This document shows, one piece after another, positions 54,433 through 64,000 of a DNA stretch of 64,000 nt (position 1 is its first letter; each line of letters starts with the position of its first letter). The stretch is from positions 42,904,001-42,968,000 of the forward strand of contig OZ336880.1 of NCBI GenBank assembly GCA_965287045.1, in the 5' to 3' direction. Below the pieces are notes generated by a model. It was not told the DNA's origin and searched no databases. It saw only the letters and a program-made list of their open reading frames with translations. A program made the position numbers and the translations under genes. This stretch comes from Carcharhinus amblyrhynchos. Its lineage: Eukaryota.

Positions 54433-55171
54433 CTTTAGTCTCATTGTCCGATTGTTCCGAGCTAGATTCGGCTTCCTCAGCGGTTGCACTGACCTCCACT
54501 AACCTCGGTTTTGGCTCTGGAGTTTCCACATATATTCCTTTAATGGGCTCCTGTGCGCTTGGCTTCTCGTTTATTTTCCTCTCCATTGAAGGCTGGCTTG
54601 ATACCTGGAGTTTGCTGATAAGCCCTAGGCTTGACTGCGGCATTATATTGGCGCTAATTTCCCCAGCGTGATTGTAGTCCAGGCTTTTCTCCAATGGATA
54701 AGCCTGACAGAGTCTGAAATATCCCGGGATGGGAATCTCAGGACTTTCAATGGAACAGCTTTCCGAGACCAACCTGGGATAGGCGGGAATTGCGGTAGGA
54801 GTGAGTTTTGCCCGTTTATCAGAATTATACATGCAGCAAGTGTTTTCTTCCTTTATGCTAGCAGGAAAGGAGCACGTGGGCATCTGTGGAGTAACAGGTT
54901 GTTCAATTCGGCATGGTCTCGAAGGGTCAGCCCAGCCATCCACCTGAGATAAATACGGATGAACGCTGATGCTCATATTTTGATGGCTAACCTCTCCTCG
55001 TTTAGTCATGGTCGGGAGCAGTCCACAGGTCTGCATTCCGTAAGTTCCCATATCCGTGCTCGATGGCATGTACATGGAGCTGGTTGAATAGAACCCGTCA
55101 CCCCTACAAGCACTAATCAGGGAATCTACTAAAAACGAGTTAGTGGCCGGAGAGCTGCTGGGACAGGACAT
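54433..55171 (-). CDS. hoxd10: HoxD10 exon 1
   Basis: [23 protein letters not shown]...[13 protein letters not shown]...[12 protein letters not shown]...IPIPGYFRL...DNETK; donor G|GTGAGC. Spliced CDS 739+272 = 1011 nt, 336 aa. Confidence 0.97.
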
Positions 55172-58100
55172 TTTGGAGAGTAATTTGAAGAAGGCAGATG
55201 ATGTCCTTTGTAAGCTGACATCTCTAACAAAACATTCCCTGTGTAATTGTGGATGCCTCTGTACAAACGCATGACTACTGAGCCAATGGAATTTGAAAAT
55301 GGCCTTGAAGCACTACCTCCCCGCACATCACATGATCCACAGTCGGTTGAATTTGAGCTTAACTGTGGACAACAGCGACACCTACAACTGCAATTCCAAA
55401 GTGGCGCCCGCTCCAGCTCATCCTGATACCCACAGAGAGGCCGGCTCAAAGCTCACACTTATCCATACTACAGACCGTATCATCTTATCCCAGCTATCAG
55501 TCAGAAAATAATTAGCATTCTGTTTGTAAAACACAACCTTCTGTTTGTTTGATAAAACACAAAATAAATGAATCGAATAGGAATTAAAGAAAATCGCTGC
55601 AATTCCCGAGCACAGGGAAGTAAAAACGGAGTTATTGATGGAAAATGTCGGCAAAATGAAATGAGTGCAGTGCAGGTTTATGGTCTGAATGTCTTTATAG
55701 TTTCAGGGAGTCCGGAGCAGCCGGGGCATTTCATTGTGTACATTCTACACATTATGACTATTAATTTGCATAACTTGCTGGATTATGCATTTTATTTTGC
55801 TATAAGCCAAACATTTGGCATGAAAATACTGCAGACTTATCAGCATTCATTTGATACGTTCTTGCTGTTATTGTGTGGATGTACACTCTCTTCAGCTGCA
55901 AATATGCCAAAGTATTTTAATGCATAAGAAAACCAATCTTCGTGAGTAAAATTGAGCCGCCAGAAGAGTGTTCAAATTTGAATAATTGTAGGCTTCCTCC
56001 CACTTTGTCCTTTCCATTACTGTAGTTGGAATAAATAATAATGTCGTTTTATCCCAATATTTGCACAGGCACCCTCCGCGGCTCAGACCGTGTGTGAGAA
56101 AAAGACGCATTTTGCAATTCTTGCCATTATTTTGTGTTTCTTTTTAATTTAATAACTATTATTCGAGTTCAAAGTGGATTAGCCTACCCCAAAAATTCCA
56201 GTTTAACTTTGGAATTCTCACACATCTCCCTGCTGCAGGTGGGAGGCTTCGCTGTTGATCATCAATAGAACCACTCCACAAAATAGGCCGGAAATGCATC
56301 CGCACTCCATAGCCGATAAACAAGGGAAAAGATACAAAGCTAGTCTGTCTGCTTTCCACTACACAGCCCGCGCCGCTTGTTCACGGGATTCAGCTAGGTT
56401 GGTGGATTTTTTTTTGTGATGCCTCCATTCGCAGTCAATCTTTGGAACTTTCTACATGGAGAAAATGTGCCACTTAACAGCACTTGCCCATGTCCGGTCA
56501 CAGGGCGAACCCTCGAGGGTTCAACAAAATCCAAAGAACGATAGGCATCAGCTATGGAGGAGCAAAGTGACATTCACACAAAGGCATCGAGATTTTCCAC
56601 TTCGCAAGACGGGGACAGTGTCAGGGTCAAGGCTGCCATGGTGTCCTCATTTTTCTGTTTATTTGGAAATGCAATGATCATCTTCAGAGTGTTTTCGAAT
56701 TGTGTGAATTTTGGTATTGTACAAAACATCTAAAATTCTACAAATATTGAAAAGAGACGAAACATTAGAGCAGCTCTAAATACTTGCGTGTAAATTATTA
56801 AGAAATATAATTATTTTCGCAGATAACTTGTTTATTATTGTTTATTTTCACATCACTGTTTCTGATTTGATAGAGTTGGTGGTCCAAATCTTTACAGTCT
56901 GCTCCAAGGTGTCCCTGCGTTTTAATATTTGCATTTGATTCGTGCTTATAGTGATTCGAATCCAGAACATAACTTCGATGCTGTGTAGCCTATCTCTGCC
57001 AGTCCAGTAAGTATGTGTTAGGCAATACGCACATCTGGATCCTAGAGGTTTATATTTCTATAAAATGTATCACAATTCTGTCCTTAACATCCAACCCCAA
57101 TTTAGCAAAGGGCTTACAAAAGGCGCTGGAATTTGTTTCTTAAACTATGTCCTTTTGGTGTGAAGTCACTTCTCCAAGTCTTAAAACGCTCTGAAAGACG
57201 AGCAATATGACATGGCAAATAATGCACCCAATTGAGAACATCATACATTATTGATAAAGTTCAAATTAATTTATTCGGCGTCCTGTCTAAATTAAAAATG
57301 GGAATAGATGTGCTTTAATATAAAACTAGTCTTCCAGGCAAGGGCAAAACTAACAGTTCAAAGACAAAAGATTGCTTTACTCGGGCGCTTGGAAAATCAT
57401 GGACGTATTTACGTGCAACATGAGTGAATATGTGCAAAATATAGAAATAAGATTGATGCCTCCTGATTTCTTTATTATTTCCTCCGTCAAATTTCTACAA
57501 CAGCCGAAAAGCTCAATGCTCACACTGCCTAACTCTGAGCGCAATTAATATCCTGGTAAAATAAAATACAAATCGCCACCGCTGTTTTACTCGTGACACT
57601 GGATACTATTCATTAAGCACATTAGGTAGCACGACTATATGTGGAAATTTATCTGAAATAATACACTTCAAGAATTTTTCCAAGCAATATACCGACCTCA
57701 GTGGTTTGTTTATATGAAACAATGAATTGTCGAACGGGAACCAACAATATACTGCCAGCCTACAACGCTTCGCCATATTATAATCAATACTCAAATCCAT
57801 GGCAAACAAAGCCAAAACGACGGTGACTTTTCTTGCAAGCGATCAAAAGCAAAAAAGCTAGCCGCTGTGACTTCGGTAGTACGGCAAGATAAGAACCAAT
57901 GCCGCTTTGTTTTTTCAGACCACAGCTACTTGCAGCCTTGAACGAGAGAATTCTCTGCGCCGTGAGGCCTGCACAGTACAAAACTGCTATTTATATACAA
58001 ATTGCTATCCCAAAGTTAAGTAATCCTCAAAAGACGAAATGCCTAGATGTTGGAATAGGCAATGCTTAGCTCAAACGTGTTTTTATCAAGAAGAATTTGT

Positions 58101-61100
58101 TTTTCACTCAACACGAGACAATTCGTTGCTCAGTAGCCGTGACTTACGCCGCCATTTATTAGTCACAGTGAATGCGGTAGGGTAAAGAAAAACAGCATTA
58201 GTTACCGGAATATTACAAAGGAAAACATTACCGCAGTGTACCACAGTGTATTTACACTTATGCATATATTTATCGGGTATAAGTTGCTATGCAGGAAATT
58301 TGTTACATTTAAAAAGCCACTTTTATATTTCTACCTACATTTATTACTTACTTACGAACTAGCATAGTGTTGATTGTATCGAGATTTTTTTTACAACACA
58401 ATGATAGAGGGTTATCGTATTAAGTTTACACTGTACCAGTCGCATGCCAAGTAAACAAAACAATATTATTGCACGAAGCGGTCCTCCATGATGTATCATA
58501 AATGTTCCTTTCAATGTACTCAAATAAAATTATAAGTCTGTAAACCTGTATCATAAGACCCCTAGTATGCCAAAAATACCCTCATAAAATATTACGACTG
58601 CAGACACACGAGAATTAACAGCTATGAAATCTTTGAACTATAAAGTGTCCTGGTATGCAGTAGGGAAGATTGCAATATCAAACACAGTTATCATGAGGGT
58701 ACTCTCAACTCACGCAGAGCCTAGTTTAAGTAAAGGGAAGGTAATATTAATAGCAACTAGAAAGTGAACTGACTGATTAGTCTCCTAACGGTGCTTTAAT
58801 GTTTAATAACCTAGTTATAAGCTGTTTATGGGAGAAATGTTACACACAATCCTCCTTAAATTAGTTCTAATGATGGAGATTAATTAAAACCTCGTAATGC
58901 ATTAAAGCGCCAACGTCGGATGTGATTTGCTGGAAGGATTTTATATCAGACAAGCTTCATTAATATTAGATTTAAACAGGAACATGAAGCAACAGTGTTG
59001 CATTCACATCGATTTGCAATGGAACACGGAGCAACATTTCCGTTCCGTACACATGTACAAACATCACCAACAGTCTATTGTCAAAATGAGACAAAATATA
59101 GGAAAAATGTCAAGTACCCTCCCCTCAAAAAAGGTGAAACAATTTTAAGTCACTATAGTCACTGCAAATGTTTGGATGGAATTGCTTATTCCTTTGTTTC
59201 TCCTGCAGTGTTGACCAAACAGATGGCTCCATGCTTTGATAAAGGCTCACATTTCTTCCTTTACACTTCCCACCGGCCTAAACTGACACGGTCTTGTGAC
59301 CATGAAAGCGTCAGCCACTTCTACCTTCACTTTCACCTTGAATTTTTCTGACCGTTTTGCCACGCTCAGAACTCGAAATTAAAGGAGTAAACACGAAGCG
59401 TGTGCCACTAATTTCATCATCTTGTTTGCAGTCCATCAGACAAATGTAGAGAAGATTAAATGTTCCATAAACGTCCGGTTAAAGTGCACGCGAAGCTTCC
59501 GTCAGGCTAATTTTGCTTGCCACCACAGTTGCCGATAGCAAAACGTTGGCTCTATTGTTAGTGCCTGTAGATACTTCGGAAATATGTGTGGTCACTGGGT
59601 ATTTGAAGTTAAATTGCGACTGCAAGCCTAATGATAATGCACAGGGCTTTTATTATGCCTGACTACAAAACGATCAGCAACAGAGTCCAACATAATTTCA
59701 CTCCTTGTCACATTAAACAAGCTTTGGTGGTATTTGCTATCAGTAAATGTTTATCAATAAAGCAATTGCCCCTATCTGAATATCAGCCTTTCCATATTTT
59801 AAATTATACATTTCAGAATACTGTATCATCATCTTATAAGCAAGGAGATAGGAAAAATGTTTTCCTCCAAACTATTTTAAAACAAAATGATAAAAATTGA
59901 GCAAAATAAAAGATCCTTACAGACCGAATGGAAGATAGTTGAAAAGTATGAGCCAGCCAACTTTGCTGCGAGGAAGAGAAAGACGCTCGGGCACTTTAGC
60001 TCGTGTTCTAAAATCTTCATCAGCACGGATAGAAAACTTAAGACAACCTCCTCCCCCCATTCATTTAATACTCGAGCCATTAATGAGATTAGAGCGGATA
60101 TTAGCGCCAATTACAGCAATAGGCCACTCTGACAATTTAAAATTATCTTGCATATATGCGTTTATTCCGTTTTACAGTAAGAAATTAAAGGGTGTCTCTT
60201 TCTGTACGCTTAAATATTTCAAATTGCTCTTACTCTCAAAAAAGAGAGAAAATTCTGCACGTTAAGTCGGTCCAGCGGGCTGTCTCGTTGATTCCATTTA
60301 AATGGATCGCCGAATATGACCATCAAATATTCCCCGTTTCCACACTGTGAGAGAATGGGGTAGTCATTAATTTCCCTCGCCGAAGTCAATACTCTGGTTT
60401 TCAGCATTCCCTTTTCACTTTTACAAAAGAAGGGAGGAATCCAAAACTCAACAACAGTGTGAACGGCTTTCCTTTGTCCAGTAAAAGCAGAAACGAATAC
60501 TGTAGTTAACCAAGTCATTATCGAGATAAATTGTATAGCCGGAAGTATTTGGCTGTCCAGTACTATTCATTTCATAATCTTGTTAAGTTTGTACGGATTG
60601 CGGGGACACCGCGTGGGGAAAACGGTATTATGAAAGAACTGTTTCAGATATTGTGCTGCCATTTAAGCCATGACTGCTTCGCCAGGATGTGAACAGAACT
60701 CTTTAGATTATTTCTCAACAGCGGCTGTTTGTTTTAACAATTTCCATCCTTTGTTACATTGTTTCGCATAGTTTTCTTTTCAAATTCGCGGTAATCTGTT
60801 CCCTCAGTTTGCTCCATACATTCAGAACGTTTTCTGGGGTTGTTACAAAAAATAGACCGGACCTGATTTGACCTTCGTATGTTAAAAATAAACCTTTGTT
60901 TCGACCCCAATACTTTATAACTTCGTTCAATCTGCACCCAACAAATCCGATCAACAAGCTTAAGTCAATATGCCGAGTGAATGTGAATCGAACTATGCAA
61001 CTCATGAAATTGAAAGGTGACTTTTATTCATTCTTCACTTATTACGCCGAAAATGAAACGACTTAATTTTTAAAGAGTGTCAAAAACCAAATGAACCTGC

Positions 61101-63511
61101 AGTTACATTGAACTGGCTTGTATTTAATTCCACACTTCGGCATAATGTTCCAGATAAATGGCAGGAGTAAGGAGAACTTTATTGTTCGGAATACTTACAT
61201 TATTTCGGGTTCTTTCATTTTCATCTCTGAAATACATTATCACAACATTGCAAGCCTGTCGCTTCATGCTACAGTGCGCCGCCGTGTGGCTATTTGCAGA
61301 ATTAACTATCCTGGCAATGACTATCACTGTAAACTAGTCTCGCTGTTTTGACACTTTTTAATGAGCCTAATCAAATTATATATGTCATGGTCATTTAAGT
61401 AAGATATGCAAACAGTAAAGTCATACTTAGATCAGTATTGTATATTACAAGAATGCAGTGAATGCCCAGGTTTACATCGGAAATTCTATTGAGTCGTAAA
61501 TTACATTTTGTCTCATTGCCATGGAAACCAACATACTCGTGGGCGATTGGTATAGTGTTTGGACGCATGATGAACATTTTTGACTCGTACGGTTTGCAAG
61601 AGAATAAGCAATATGGGGATATAGTGCTCTTATCTGTTCAGCATGGGAGAACAAAGGAGCCTTCGTACTTATTAACGCAAAAATACTTCGGGTGTATTGC
61701 TCAATGTTACTTTTGGAAACGTACACACACTCAGTTAAAATAGAGATATATTAAGGAAATAGCATTTTCACATTCATTGTTTGTGGCCTTCAGCACGCGC
61801 ACTTTAACAACACGTTATAGTTGTTGAAGTTTTTGTCTTAAGGAGGGAAGCTGCAAGAACAATCCAACAGCCACCAGGCGCCTATGCCTTCAAAAAGGTT
61901 AAAGGTGATGACCTTGACATTATAGAAGTTCAAAGACAACATTATAAGAATTCTCTTTTCAACATATACCCGAGCATGCTCACGAGGAGATGCGACGTTG
62001 TCAGTATCACCCTGGTCTTCATTAGGTTTAACAAATTTGATTGATGTAACTTATGTGAGATGCAGATTTTTTTTTCAAATGGTAGACTTTATCAGCCGAA
62101 ACGTCCTTGTGTTCGTATTCCTGTTAAAAATCTGCTTACTTTGATTTGTTTCTATTCTTTTGTTTGGTATGTGGTGCAGGAGCCTTCCTTAGTGACTAGA
62201 AGGTGTAATAAGTCGCCATTAGGCTGGTTAGAGCAGTGAACTTTACGATGTTGTCTAGACAGTTCAAGGTTTTGTAAACAGCAATGCTATGTCATGCGGC
62301 ACGGAAACTTTTTTCCCCGAAAAAAAATTAAACGTTTTGAGAAGTCTTATTTACTGTGTCACCGAGACACGGATTAGTTTCAAGTTATCATATGTTATTT
62401 ATACATGTAAGTAATTCCTTCTGTAAGAAATTCGTTTAATTTTGATTATGCGCTGCCATTGCCCCTTTTCTCACCATGAAGTGGAAAAAATATGTCAATT
62501 AATTTCCAGATGTAAATATGTTTCCTCCAATTTTTTTTTCAAATTGCAATTAACTATCATGTTTATCGGCGAACAGCCAGGTCAAATTTCGGCTTTTCGT
62601 TTTTAAACAGAAACATTCGTGGAGACGCATTATACATGAGCCAGGCAGTAATCTGTAAAATAAACAAAAAAACTGGAAGTATTCAGTAGATGAAGCACCA
62701 TCTGTTATACTTCAGATTTCCAGTATCCGCATTACTTAGTACTTGTGCAGTAAATTGCTGTGTACTTGGGAGATTAACGATATTGGATCTTCCAAATGAA
62801 TTGGTGTCCTTAATCTGGTCTGCTTAGTATACTCAAATTCATTTTAAAAAAGTTTATTTATAAGATTTCTTAGAAGACTTGTTTTCATTTGAGACAGAAC
62901 ACATACTAACACATGCATTTATCATGAAATGTCAACTAGTTTGTAATCTTTAAACAGAATTGTTAACATTGCAACAGGTTTAGACATTTCTAGCTACGAT
63001 ATGTTAGAGTTAATGAATGAAATACATTGGAAAAACGTAAAATAATAAATATGCATTTCTTCTTTTCATGGGAATACATACACGTTGAACAAGAATGGTT
63101 AGTTTGGTTATACAATGACTAAAACACAAATAGAAAATACTATATTATCTGATTGACCTATCGCTGTGAACGAAAGACTGCTCCATTCGAGCCCCCAATT
63201 ACCCCGGTTTATTGTTAAAAATGAGCGCGCTGTTTTTTTATGCCGTGATCAAACCTCTTCCGTTGGAATCGAATAACACAAATACTGAGGTAAGGATGTT
63301 TCCTAATTTACATTTCGGCCATGATTCCCGCACAACCGTGTCACCTTAAATTCGATTCTACGTCGATCGCATTAAGGGCCGTCTGCTTTCCAAAGAAGAA
63401 CAACAAAACTATCCCCTCATACTTGCAAGTCACTCCTTCTGTAAATAAATATCGACTAAGGCAATGGAGAGTTGGTCGGAGAGAATCCACCAGAGTTAAG
63501 TTGTATCATAG

Positions 63512-63744
63512 TCACAGTAAAGGGTTGCCAGTAAAAAAGTGAAGGCGGTCTCTGCTAAGTTTCTTTTCCTTCATTCTTCGATTCTGGAACCAAATTTTCA
63601 CTTGTCGATCGGTGAGGTTTAACATTCTCGACAACTGCAAGCGCTTCTCTTTGTTTATGTAAACATTGAAGAAAAATTCTCGTTCAAGTTCCCGGATTTG
63701 ATATTTGGTGTAAGGACATCTTTTCTTTCTGCATCGCAGAGCGG
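63512..63744 (-). CDS. hoxd11: HoxD11 exon 2 (homeodomain); exon 1 lies beyond the window end
   Basis: Acceptor cccatcag|CC; [75 protein letters not shown] at 63512-63514. FFFNVY and TGNPL plus synteny indicate D11. Confidence 0.95.
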
Positions 63745-64000
63745 CTGATGGGAACACAGTAAAACGTAAGGTTACAAAGTATCAAATAGCAACTGACGTG
63801 TTCTTAATTCCTTCTACATAAACTCGACAGCAAATGTTGTAAATAATGTTCGACTTGCCCAATATATCCTGATTGGACTATTTACTAACTGATGACTTTT
63901 TTTAAAAAAATGAAAAAGCTTAAATTAGGTTTTCTTTTATGAAGCATAATTTTCCTTACACTCGCATTGAAATCAACAATCGCAGGGGTAACTGTCATAA

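Overview
Eukaryotic (vertebrate) DNA: the central part of a HoxD cluster from a cartilaginous fish, probably an elasmobranch. All genes are on the minus strand in collinear order: HoxD11 (exon 2 only), HoxD10, HoxD9, HoxD8, HoxD5, miR-10b, HoxD4 and HoxD3 (first coding exon only). Exon boundaries were read by hand; every complete gene has a phase-1 GT-AG intron and an intact spliced frame. The chondrichthyan assignment rests on the intact HoxD5 and a shark-type palindromic repeat. The non-coding DNA holds three canonical DR5 retinoic acid response elements, an HB-1-type element in the HoxD4 intron, a near-perfect miR-196 site in the HoxD8 3'UTR and several orphan promoter plus splice-donor units. 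The most notable observation is at about 38.5-38.7 kb, just 3' of HoxD8: what looks like a Hox paralogue-7 promoter and 5'UTR with GCG where the ATG should be and no recognisable coding sequence, i.e. a candidate relic of the lost HoxD7. Comparisons with other species are from memory and need alignment. No prokaryotic-type systems (CRISPR, operons) are present.
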